Below are positions 52,072 through 64,000 of a stretch of 64,000 nt of DNA, piece by piece (position 1 is the stretch's first letter; each line of letters begins with the position of its first letter). Under the pieces are notes generated by a model, which was given only the letters and a program-made list of their open reading frames with translations, made no database searches and had not been told where the DNA came from. The translations under genes and the position numbers were made by a program. This DNA is from Octopus sinensis (taxonomy: Eukaryota). The DNA is taken from the NCBI RefSeq assembly GCF_006345805.1, contig NC_043002.1, positions 85,808,001 through 85,872,000 of the forward strand, in the 5' to 3' direction.

Positions 52072-55000
52072 TATATATACTCAGTTATAAGCTGAGTCCA
52101 GATTAGTTTGCATTTTGCACAAGACACTAAAGCTGATTGGAGGGAAAATTCTAAATTGCATTTCTATATTTGCTAAATGAATTCTACTCACTTTCAGAAT
52201 AATTACAATTAGGTGTTTTTATTAAACAAAAAAAAATATTTATATATATTCGTTGTTGTTAGCTTTGTGTTTTGTTTTGCAATTGGAAATGCACAGATGC
52301 CTGCCTTTATAGCTTCTAATTTTACAGTTGTCGTGTTCTTTGTCACAAAGCTTAAATAATGTTTGATGTTTCCAAGTATCATTGTGATGGCTTACTATTG
52401 TAGAATCCATGACCGCTGACTTTGGTATCATTTCTACAAAATTTTGATAGACTGTATTGTAGGCTAGCTTTGATGGTGTTCTTTGTATAATTGACTAAAA
52501 TGGAATCTCTTTGATATGTAACTTGAAAGGTGCCTGTGCCACATCCAGCCTTGCTGTGACTACATTTCGTGTTGATGATATCCATATGAAATAAATTTAC
52601 TGCTGTCTGTTAATATTAGAAAAATTTACTCTTGTCTGCAAAACATTTGAAAATGTTTTTTGTTAATATTTTAGATTAGTATCACTATTTGTCAAACCCT
52701 TATCATCTGTGGAACTGTTAACTTATTTATTTTTGAACTACTAATTGTCAGCCAAATTTATGGCTAAACAGAAGTTGATGTTTATCCATGTTACACATCA
52801 CATCTGGTTTCTAAAAAGAAAAGAATCAGCAAACAATTTTAAAAGATTTTAACCAAGGAAAAAAGAAAAAAAACATCTTTCAAAAATATCTTCCAAAAAT
52901 TTTATTTTTATTTTATTTTACATAAATTGCTCAGTGATTTAAAAACAAAAAACAAAAAAAAATTTAATTACTATTGATGAAAAAAAAAAACAATTGTTGA
53001 ATTTTTGTGTGCAGACATCACAACTATTGTAGTTTTTGTTTTTATGGTTGTTGTTGTTGCTGCTATAGTTGAGAAGCATTATAATCATAAATATCACTGG
53101 ATGTTTTCTTTACCTTTTTTTTCCAAATCATGATTTTTAATTCAATCTGAAGCTGGCAAGTGTGTCTGCATGGATTGATATTAATATAACATTATGAATA
53201 AAGCCAATGTTAACAAGGAAACTAAAAGCTGTATATTAAAGGAAGCTGGTTATATCAGAGAACATTGTAGGGAGGGGGGAGGGGACATGGTGGTGAGGCA
53301 GTAACGGACCAACTTTAGTTTATAATCAGATAGCTTCCAAAGAAATTACAAACTATTCACTAATTAATTTTTATAGAACTTTAATTGCTTCAATAAGGCT
53401 TTACTTGAGCTGCAAGCTCAAGCAAATACTGTTCATGTTTATTTTGGGGATGATTATTTTTATGCTGTTTTTTTTTATTTTTCTTAAATATTGGTTTATT
53501 TTCATTTTATTTGTTTTTCTCTGTGAAGGGTATTTTGTTTCAAATTTATTCTTGGAATCACTAGAGAATATTATTTACTTTATAGCAGCTTGTGCTTTGT
53601 CAATGTTCTAGAGTTACTAGGACACGAGATTGTGTTTTAATGTCTTAAATTGTTAGTTTGAGTTTTTATTTCATTTCTTTTTTATTTTTATTTACTATTG
53701 TAAAAACATGAATAAATGGAAAGTAACATTTATAAAGTGCTATAACAGCTTGAAGGCAGTAAATTGACTGAGTCAGAGTGTTGCATGGAACGCCATACTT
53801 CACAGTAGTAGTTCTGACTCTCTGCTGTCAAAGTTCAAATCCCACCAAGGCCAATAATTTTGCCTTGCATCTTTTTCTTTTTAGGAGTGGAGGTGGGTCT
53901 GGAGGGAGTCAATAAAAGAAAAAGTACTGGCTTGGGGCAGTGGGTAGGCAGAATTGTTACTGTGTCGGACTGGATGCCCTGTGGGACCTGTTCCAGTCCT
54001 GTGCATTCTGAGTACCAAAGCTTAAATCCTGCCCTGTCACTGTTAAAAAGCTGACATGTCTGTCGGGAGATGTGGCTGACAGATTGTATCAGCAATATTG
54101 AAAAAAAAAAAACAATGGAAACATATTTTTCTTAAGTTCAGTTGGAAGATAAGATCAACTACCACCACGACTGCTTAAAGTCAGAAAGGTGTGACAGTTG
54201 TGCTGTGAGAAGATGAAGACGGGTGATTAAATGCAGTCAATTTGCTAAGAGAGAAACTGACGAATCAAAAAAATTATATTTTTTTTTCTTTATCAAATGA
54301 CAGAATAACAGGTACTTGGTATGGTTGAATGTTTCATTCAAGTAAGAAAGAGAGAGATCACTGAGAAAAGCATTCAGATATCTTGAAGATGAGAAAAAAG
54401 ACTTTCTTACTGTATCTACAGTTTGATAAATTATGATATTGGTATGTAAATAAGTCAAAACAGGACTAACGTTAATGATGATGGTAACTGTGATGATGAT
54501 GATGTGGCAGCGGTGGTGGTGGTGGTATATTAATCAATCTTCTGATCAATAGCAAGTCATTGAACTTATGCATAAGAAATTTTGTTATTCCCACAACTGT
54601 ACATATTTAATATTTTAATTGAATATAGCATTCTGAAATAATGTAATTTGATTACACCGTACATAGTTGGTTACTGGATGTCATCTTGTGCTATATGTAT
54701 ATTTACCATTAGCGCTTATTATTATTGGTTGCTTTCACCATCATTAGCTGATGTCAAGCAAAAGTTGCAATAATAAATTTTGATGTATCACATTTCACCA
54801 CAAATTGTCTTTCAAACCTTCAGTTGGTCAACTGAATTATCTATTCATTTACAAAATTTCAATGTAGACTCTCAAGTTTGTACAATAAGGTTGTATCATA
54901 ACCGTAAAAATATGGTCCTTGTCTCGCACCTGTAAACTATATGGCACTGGGGGTGGGGGTGGGGGTGGGGTAGTGGCATTGGTGGGGGGTGCTAATTGAA

Positions 55001-57204
55001 TGCTTGGTTAGCAATGCTATGAGTGTTGGTCCAGTTATTCGGTAAATTCACTAAAAGTTATACAGGTTAGCCATTCACCTCTAGCATATTTTGTATAATA
55101 ACCTGCTGTAATTTAAAGCACACCAAGTTACCCAATATATATTTATATATATATGGCTAATATCTCTTACTGTGTCTTCATATTGTGCCATATAAAAACA
55201 CAATCCCTAAACTACGGTTTCAAAAGGTCTGGAGCAGGTGGGTGTTATTATAGCAGAAATATGAACCAAGTAAATCCAAAGATCCAGGTCTTCAGTAATA
55301 TAACAAATAAGGATCACAACAAGTGGCCCTTTTTGGGGATTGCGTTATTTGCTAACAACTTTCTTGAATTAATATTTTGTTTAAAATATTTATTTTGCAC
55401 AGAAAGCAAGCCTATTGTGTGATAATACCAGAACAACGTTTCTAAGACTCTTCAGTTTGCTGGGTTCCATCCTTTTCTATGTTACACTCGTGCGAGGTTT
55501 GAATTCACAACTGTAGATTAATGAACTACTGATACACAGCTTTCAGCCGATAAGCAGAGCATTGGACAACCTCTGCATGGATATGTAATCTACTAGAAAT
55601 AGCAATCAAATATCTATCAACTCTCACCCTACCATCTTTAAAATGAGAAAACGGCACATTGGACATTGTTGTCCAGAATAGTCACAGCTGAAACAACTTT
55701 GATCATAAGTCTGTTCAATCAGGATTGACCTGGGGTTAAACAACGACAACTATTAGTATAGCAATAGTAACAGTTTAATTACAAACTGTGTGTTACTCAA
55801 CCAGTTCTGGCTCTCAGTGGTTATTTCAGTTATTAAAAAAAAAACAAAAACAAAATAATAATAAAGAATATCTGCTTATTTTCCTTTTTTTTTTTTGTCA
55901 TTTACCTTTCCATCAATTATTTCTAAAAAGTTAATAATTTTAGAACAATAATATATATTTATATATTATCCAAATTTTTAAGTTTGTCTAAAATCTAGTA
56001 TAGTGTTGCTATATTTTATCATTATCAACTTTAATTAATACTTTGTATATTTTTATGTCACTTTATTTTTTAGATGTTACATTTGAAGACACTACTGCAG
56101 TTACTGAAGAAAGCAAATTGAATAGTTAAATTCCTACCACCACATTTTTAACTAAATCTTCGCAATCGTTTCAGTATTATAAGTATGAAATTTCCTATTG
56201 GCATCATATCATTTTTTCCAAGCTCATTTTCAGTAAAGAATTTTGGATCAATTTCAATTACCTGCCATTTTTTCTATAACAGATTCATCATAATTTAAAT
56301 TTTTTCTGTGAAAATTTCATTTTTTTTTTTTTTTTAGGGTGGGATTTTTTGTATAAGCTTCAATTAACACCAAGCTAAATAATGTTTTTATCAAAACTTG
56401 ATTACTTAACACATTGCTTCTCGTATCATTTGCTTGAATTTCATATTATTGAAAATTTTACTTGTTAATAAACGATTTTTATTTTTAAGGGGAAGAGATT
56501 TAGCCTTAAATTAAAACAACATTTCTTCATTATTTTATCTACACACTCACACACACATACATTTACCTTCAAACAAAACCGAATCTTATGGGAAAACGCA
56601 TATTTCATGCTTCGTACGTATATTGGTCGATAAATATTACAATTCATGGTATCAGAAATAACTGGTTTATACAATTCGTTGTTCCTTCTATATTGTCAAT
56701 AGTGTTACTAAGTTATCTCCCTTGAACACGCAATGGCACAAATATTGCCAAGCTTGAGTTAATATTAAATATGATAAATATATATATATATATGATATCT
56801 ATATAATATATACATATGATATATATATATAACATATACTATATATATATGATATATACATATAGATATATATATATATAATTTACACTTATGTCATTGT
56901 GAAACGTTGATAATTTCTTAACTGAAAATAAAATTTTAAAAAATAAAATTATAAAAATAATACTACAAAGTAAAATATATGCAATTTTATTTTTACTCAA
57001 ATCTAATACAAAAAAAAAATTAAATAAATAAAAAAAATTTAAAAAACAATTATCCAGGTGGCGCTATCTGTATTTTTACTTAAAGAAAAAGTATTTTTCA
57101 AAAAAAGCCAAAAAACAAACAACATTGAGAAACATAGTCTTAAAAAGTATTCTATTGGTGGGAAGGATCATTTTCAAATTACAGAGACAGTTCTCATGAC
57201 TAAT

Positions 57205-57359
57205 GTTGGTTTTATATACATATATATATACACACACATACGTATATATATGTTTACATATACACATATATATATACATATACACACATATATATACATA
57301 TACGCACATATATATATACATATACACACACACACATATATATATATATATATGCACAC

Positions 57360-57436
<77 letters not shown>

Positions 57437-57834
57437 TATATATATATACATATATATATATGTATACATGCATGTATGTATATGTGTTTGTATATATATA
57501 TATATACACACACACAGACACATATGCATACATATAGATACACGCACACACACATATGTATGTATATATGTGTATGTGTGTCTGTGTAATGCATTTTATT
57601 TTTCTTCTTCAAACTTTGGATCCCTATGTGGGGAAAAAAAACGCAGCTTTGTTTTGCTCAAATTATCAAAATGTTCTGTATTTCAAAATTAAAGAGTGGA
57701 TACTGAAAATAGTGTCATTTTGTAGTGTACAATGAATTGTTGATGGTTCTATAAACACATACATTCATATATATATATATATATACACATGCACATCATA
57801 TATGTACATATATATGTGTATATATATATATACG

Positions 57835-57868
<34 letters not shown>

Positions 57869-58290
57869 CGTATATATATGCATATATATATACGTATATA
57901 TATGCATATATATATACGTATATATATGCATATATATATATATATACATATATAAATATATATATGCATATATAAATATATATATGCGTATATATGCATA
58001 TATATATATACATATATAAATATATATATGCGTATATATGCATATATATATATATACATATATAAATATATAAGCATATATATATATATATATTCACACA
58101 CACACACATACATATATTTACATACATACACATATACACATGTATCTACACACATACACATACATATATTTACACACACACATATACATACATACATATA
58201 TGTATATACACACACACACACATACATACATGCATACATACATACATATACACACACACATAAATATGTGCAAACAAATACATGCACAGA
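57205..58290. repeat. (TA)n/(CA)n compound microsatellites, incl. tatatgcatatatatacg units
   Basis: Read directly from the sequence. Confidence 0.9.
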
Positions 58291-58514
58291 TTACTGCTGC
58301 TTTGTATGCAACAATGTAATATGACAACTGAAACAACAATAATTCGACTGAATATATTAAAAAAAAAACAAAAATGGTGTCTATATTGGTTTATATGTTT
58401 ACTTCATTATTTTCATGAAACAAAGAAAAATAAAGCTAAATAAAAAAACATTATGACAAACCAGAGCTTTTTGTTTTTCTGTATATGTGTATGTCCATGT
58501 ATGTGTGTGTGTTC

Positions 58515-58890
58515 AATCTTACAAACAATAACTCTGAGCACCTTTTCAAACTCCACCTGTCTAACACCCGTGGACATGTTTACAAAGTCAGAAAATAGCA
58601 CAGCTCCCATGACTTTCAGAAACAGTTTTTCACGCTAAGAGTTGCTGAAGCATGGAACAGACTGCCGGCATCAGTTATTAGTTGTCGGAGCACTGCATCT
58701 TTCAAAACTTCCATGCTTCCTGAGATTCGCCAACACTACACCTGATTTTCTCCCTTCCATACACACGCAAGCATGTATCTTACACTGTTTGCTTTCCAGA
58801 CATTTGTACATTACTGCATATGCTTTATATGAACTTTTGACAAGTTGTGGTGCACCTGAGCACTGTATACAATAATTTCATTATTATTTT
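58515..58890 (+). mobile_element. 3' end of a CR1/L2-group LINE
   Basis: SEHLFKLHLSNTRGHVYKV..FFTLRVAEAWNRLPASV..STASFK, followed by a 3' UTR and (ATT)n tail. Confidence 0.8.
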
Positions 58891-58924
58891 TATTCTTTTA
58901 CTGAATTCACCTGGATAAGCCAGT

Positions 58925-59225
58925 CTGTCTGGTGCCGAGTTGGTTCTACTAGCCACAGCATTCACTCCATTCCCCTTGTGCTCTTGCCATACTTTTCCAT
59001 ATTGTTCCAAACACCTTTTTTAAAATCATCTTCCCTTCTGGTTGGAGGTCTTCCAAATGGTCTCTTCTGTTTGTGCCACTCAACAACTGCATGAGTCCAC
59101 TGACTGTCTGGGAACCTTGGAACATGACCGGCCCATTGTTGCTTTGCATGGTGGTGTTCTGTGACATCCTTCACTCCAGTTCTATCCTTGATCTCCTCAT
59201 TTCAGATTGATCTCTTAGCGAGATT
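58925..59225 (-). mobile_element. RTE-clade LINE 3' fragment
   Basis: NEEIKDRTGVKDV..KQQWAGHVPRFPDSQWTHAVVEW..KRPFGRPPTR.EDD. Confidence 0.8.
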
Positions 59226-59689
59226 TACTGATAATTCAACGAAAATTATCTTTGAAATTGGTAAAATCATTAATTAGAGTTTTGGGTATGATGCCTTGTG
59301 ATATTCATTCCAACTCTCAGTGATACAATTTCAAATCATACCAAAGCCAATGAATGTTAACTTTGATGAAGTTTGAACTCATCTTGGTAAGAGTTGTTAC
59401 CTAAAAATAAGACTCCAGGACTGACAACATTTCTCCACTTCTCTCTCTCTCCCCTACTAGTAATTCGAAAATCTTACATTGTGCAGCACTGATTCAGTCT
59501 GAGAGTTGCATTAAACATACACATATCTGAGGAATACTCAATCACTCACACATAAATATTCAGCTGATTTATTATCAAGACCAGTAAAGAGTCCACAGAT
59601 TTACCATTGGATTTATGAGTGTCCTAGTGCATGGCCTTCAAAAGGTTGGTACTTATTTCTGTTTGGTGTTTTTCTATCTTTTATTCTTT

Positions 59690-60080
59690 TATTTCTTTCA
59701 GTCATTTGACTGTGGTCATGCTGGAGCATTACCTTAAGGGATTTTAGTCAAACAAATTGACCCCAGGACTTATTTTTAAAGCCTAGTACTTATTCTATCA
59801 GTCTCTTTTGCTGAACTGCTAAGTTACAGGGATGTAAACACACCAACACCAGTTGTCAAGCAGTGAAGACACACACACACACACATATATATATATGTAT
59901 GTATATATATATATACAACAAGCTTCTTTCAGTTTCTATCTACCAGACCTACTCACAAGGCTTTGGTTGGTCTAAGGCTGTAGTAGAAGACACTTAACCA
60001 AGGTGCCATGCAATGGGACTGAACCTAGAACCTTGTGACTGGGAAGCAAGCTTTTTATAATACAGCCACACCTGTACCTA
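59690..60080 (-). mobile_element. SINE family A
   Basis: ttcagtcatttgactgtggtcatgctggagc ... cagccacacctgtacc. Confidence 0.85.
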
Positions 60081-60239
60081 TTAGGTACTATCTTTAAAAT
60101 CTCTGTAATAAATTTTGATAAACAAGGACAACACCAGTAAATATAACATACATAAAGACATGGACACACACGTGTGTGTGTACGACAGGTTTCAGCATAG
60201 TTTCTGTCCAACAAGTTCCACTCATAGAGCATTGCATAA

Positions 60240-60645
60240 AAATAATAATAATAATAATGAAATTATTGTATACAGTGCTCAGGTGCACCACAACTTGTCA
60301 AAAGTGTGTATAAAGCATATGCAGTAATGTACAAATGTCTGGAAAGTGAACAGTGTATGAGTCGGGTACATGCTTGCGTGTGTAAGGAGGGGAGAAAATC
60401 AGGTGTAGTGTTGGCGAATCTCAGGAAGCATGGAAGTTTTGAAGGATGCAGTGCTCCGACAACTAACAACTGATGCTGGCAGTTTGTTCCATACTTCAGC
60501 GACTCTTAGCGTCAAAAAATGTTTCCGAAAGTCATGGGAGCTGTGCTGTTTTCTGACTTTGCAAACATGTCCACGGGTGTTAGACAGGTGGAGTTTGAAA
60601 AGGTGCTCAGAGTTTGTAAGATGGTTAATAATTTTATGGGTGTCT
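60240..60645 (-). mobile_element. Second copy of the CR1/L2-group LINE 3' end, opposite orientation
   Basis: Reverse complement of 58515-58890 with an (AAT)n tail; ORFs 58642+ and 60263- are near-identical. Confidence 0.85.
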
Positions 60646-61235
60646 GAGTCTATAGTAGACTTAGAACCCTACATGTGTAAAGCAATCTTCTTAACCACAT
60701 GACTATGCTTGCATCTAAACTTGTATGCATTTTATTTTTGTTTCAGCCAAGTGGCTGCGGTCGTACTGTGTATACTAAACCTCAAGTATTATTAAAAAGG
60801 TGACGAGGTAGCAAAATCATTAGCACGCCCGGTGAAATGCTCAGCAGCACTTCGTCCTCCACCGAGGTCATAGTTTTCAGTGTCGGTGAAACAGTTATGC
60901 ATTGGGGTCGAAGTAATTGGCTTATTCCCTCCCCCAAACTTACTGGCCTTGTGCCAAAATTTGAAATTATAATTAATGGCAATGGGAAGGCAGAATCGTT
61001 AACACACCGGTGAAAATGCTTTGCGGCATTTCGTCCGTCTTTACGTTCTGAGTTCAAATTCCACTGAGGTTTGGGCGAACCTTCGGTATATGTACCGGTG
61101 TAAGTACTGGAAGTACTGGATACATTTCAAAAAAGGTTTTTTTATATATGGGGGGTTAGGGGTGGTAAAAAGGGTTTCTGTTATCTTCAGAAATGTAAAC
61201 AAAGTCACGTGAAGCATCGCCGAGTTGAGTAACTG

Positions 61236-63430
61236 GTCACTGTCATGCTTTTAGCTGTCAGAAGTGAAAGTCGTCAACTTCGTGTATTTACGCCAGGTTT
61301 ATACCTTCGTTAATTTACGTACCACCACGCTGTTAGGTTTATAAAACAATTGAAGTTCAGTTTAAAGTTTATAAATAAATACATTTTATTCCATGTTCTG
61401 TTTAAACTTTATAAATAAACTAGCAGTATCGCCCGGCGTTGCTCAGGTTTGTAAGGGAAATAACTATATAAGCATTTTTAGAGAGTTACTTCCTTTATAG
61501 ATGCCAATTCGGGCTTTCTTAGCCATTTCTGTTTTGGTGTCTTCAAGCCATGAAGTCGTTGTTCTAAAAGAACGCTGGTCTCCTTCACAACGCATTACGA
61601 CGTTGATTTCCTTAAACTCCCTTCCCCACAGCTTCACGAGGGAGGGAAGAAGGGGGAGAAGCAAACACAGGTGCAGGTGTTTGAGCGTGGACGCCAACTC
61701 TGCCGCCATCGACACACGATGCATTTTATGCATTAAAATGGAATAAAAAATTATGTTAAATTATTTTTAAAATCGTAGACGCGCGCTAATGGCCAGACGG
61801 GCTTGATATTAATCACGACTATAAGATACCCGAATTTGGTTAAACTGCACCGCAAAATGTGGGAGGAGTTAGGAATCTAAATCGTAGGAGACTGACACTC
61901 ACACAACTACAGTTTTATATATATAGACTAGCAGTATCGCCCGGCGTTGCTCGGGTTTGTAAGGGAAATAACTATATAAGCATTTTTAGAGAGTTATAGC
62001 AAAAAAATGCATTAAAAATGGAATAAAAAATGATGGTAATTTTTTTTTAAATCGTTGACTCATCGTAGACATTTTTAGAGAGTTACTTCCCTTATATAAT
62101 AGCGAAAAAATGCATTAAAATGGAAAAAATGTTGGTAAATTTTTTTTTTTAATCGTAGACTCATGTAGACGCTTTCTTAGCCATTTCTGTTTTGGTGTCT
62201 TCAAGCCATGAAGTCGTTGTTCTAAAAGAACGCTGGTCTCCTTGACAACGCATTACGACGTTGATTTCTTTACACTCCCTTCCCCACAGCTTCACGAGGG
62301 AGGGAAGGGGGAGAAGCAAACAGGTGCAGCTGTGAGCATGGACGCCAACTCCACCGCCATCGACACACGAAAAATTATGCATTAAAATGGAATAAAAAAT
62401 GATGTTAAATTATTTTTAAAATCGTAGACTCATCGTAGACGCGCGCTAATAGCCAGACGGGCTTGATATGAATCACGACTATAAGATACCCGAATTTGGT
62501 TAAACTGCACCGCAAAATGTGGGAGTAGTTAGGAATCTAAATCGAAGGGGACAGACACTCACACAACTACAGTTTTATATATATAGACTAGCAGTATCGC
62601 CCGGCGTTGCTCAGATTTGTAAGGGAAATAACTATATAAGCATTTTTAGAGAGTTACTTCCCTTATAGATGCCAATTCGGGCTTTCTTAGCCATTTTTGT
62701 TTTGGTGTCTTCGAGCCATGAAGTCGTTGTTCTAAAAGAACGCTGGTCTCCTTCACAACGCATTACGACGTTGATTTCTTTACACTCCCTTCCCCCACAG
62801 CTTCACGAGGGAGGGAAGGGGGAGAAGCAAACAGGTGCAGCTGTGAGCGTGAACGCCAACTCCGCCGCCATCGACACACGATGCATTTTATGCATTAAAA
62901 TGGAATAAAAAATGTTAAATTATTTTTAAAATCGTAGACTCATCGTTGACGCGCGCTAATAGTCAGACGGGCTCGATATGAATCACGACTATAAGATACC
63001 CGAATTTGGTTAAACTGCACCGCAAAATGTGGGAGGAGTTAGGAATCTAAATCGAAGGGGACAGACACTCACACAACTAGAGTTTTATATATATAGATAT
63101 ATTCTTGCATTATTCATTATTGTTTTTTAAAAAAAATCACACCAAATCTGCACAAATGACCACCACCACCGCGATCACATATACCAATCATACACATGTG
63201 TGTGTATATGTGGCTATATGTCTGACTAATGTGTGTGTGTCTGTATTTATTGTATGTGTGTATAAGTAGTTATATGCTTATATTATCCATTATAGTAATA
63301 TTTGTCTGTTGAAACCCGTTTTAAGACTGTCAATAGTTTAATTAAAGATGTGTCTATACATGTATATATATATACATGTGTATACATATATATATATACA
63401 TGTGTAATGTATACACATGTATATATACAC

Positions 63431-63488
<58 letters not shown>

Positions 63489-63711
63489 CGACACATCTTT
63501 AATTAAACTATTGACCGCCTTAAAACGGGTTTCATTAATGAATAATGCAAGAATATATTTATTTATAAACTTTAAACTGAACTTCAATTGTTTTATAAAC
63601 CTAACAACGTGGTGGTACGTAAATAAACGGCGTAAATTAACGAAAGTACCTGACGTAAATACACGAAGTTGACGACTTTCACTTCTGACAACTAAAAAGC
63701 ATGACAGTGCC
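61236..63711. mobile_element. Long-TIR non-autonomous DNA element (MULE-like) hosting the Helitron array
   Basis: ~180 bp TIRs gtcactgtcatgcttttagctgtcagaagtgaaagtcg / cgactttcacttctgacaactaaaaagcatgacagtgcc. Exact 8-bp TSD agtaactg at 61228-61235 and 63712-63719. Confidence 0.82.
61420..63097 (-). mobile_element. Three head-to-tail non-autonomous Helitrons (61420-61927, 61928-62587, 62588-63097)
   Basis: Each unit on the minus strand starts TCTATATATATAAAA and ends (cc)cgagcaacgccgggcgatactgCTAG with a subterminal hairpin. Inserted between A and T with no TSD. Confidence 0.92.
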
Positions 63712-63804
63712 AGTAACTGATGTCGCTGTCACCGACTAACTCCCTTCTACGAAATTTCAGGGTCATTTACTACTGTACTTGCGAAAAAAAAAAAAACATT
63801 ACTC

Positions 63805-64000
63805 CTGACTATTGGTAGAATTGTTAGCACGCTAGGCGAAATGCTGAACGGCTTTTTGTCCGTCTTTACATTCTGAGTTCAAATTCCGCCGAAGTCGACT
63901 TTGCTTTCATCCTTTCGAGGTCCATAAATTGAGTACCAGTGAAACACTGGAGTCCATGTAATTGATTATTCCCCTCCCCTAAAATTTGAGGCCTTGTGCC
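63805..64000 (+). mobile_element. SINE family B (runs off window end)
   Basis: tggtagaattgttagcacgctaggcgaaatgc...ctgagttcaaattccgccgaagtcgactttgctttcatcctttcgagg. Confidence 0.85.

Noticed and set aside
61464-62908. Repeated 73-89 aa ORFs in the tandem units
   Set aside because: No Rep/helicase or other recognisable motif, indels shift the frame between copies, and they lie inside non-autonomous Helitrons.

Overview
AT-rich, repeat-saturated animal genomic DNA. The SINE families, (TA)n/(CA)n load and Penelope remnants look like an octopus-type cephalopod genome (inference from recall, not a search). The only host gene I can support is the 3' end of an SLC22 / organic-cation-transporter-like MFS gene on the + strand. 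It has three GT-AG, phase-compatible coding exons (3624-3726, 30988-31060, 33986-34303) and a 27 kb intron. The rest is mobile DNA: a full-length decayed DD36E-type Tc1 element, a decayed Penelope-like RT, RTE and CR1-group LINE fragments, hAT/piggyBac/mariner/MULE-like MITEs, a head-to-tail Helitron trimer nested in a MULE-like element, three tRNA-headed SINE families, a (GAT)n-tailed retro-repeat and kb-long (TA)n tracts. The most notable structural signals are (i) many unrelated fold-back hairpins next to TA tracts, several with minimal hammerhead-ribozyme-like cores, (ii) same-orientation SINE chains, (iii) the Helitron concatemer whose empty site can be rebuilt exactly, and (iv) an old inverted duplication in the long intron. 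Almost all ORFs in the supplied track are microsatellite or repeat artefacts. Repeat boundaries were read by eye and are approximate unless a TSD is quoted.
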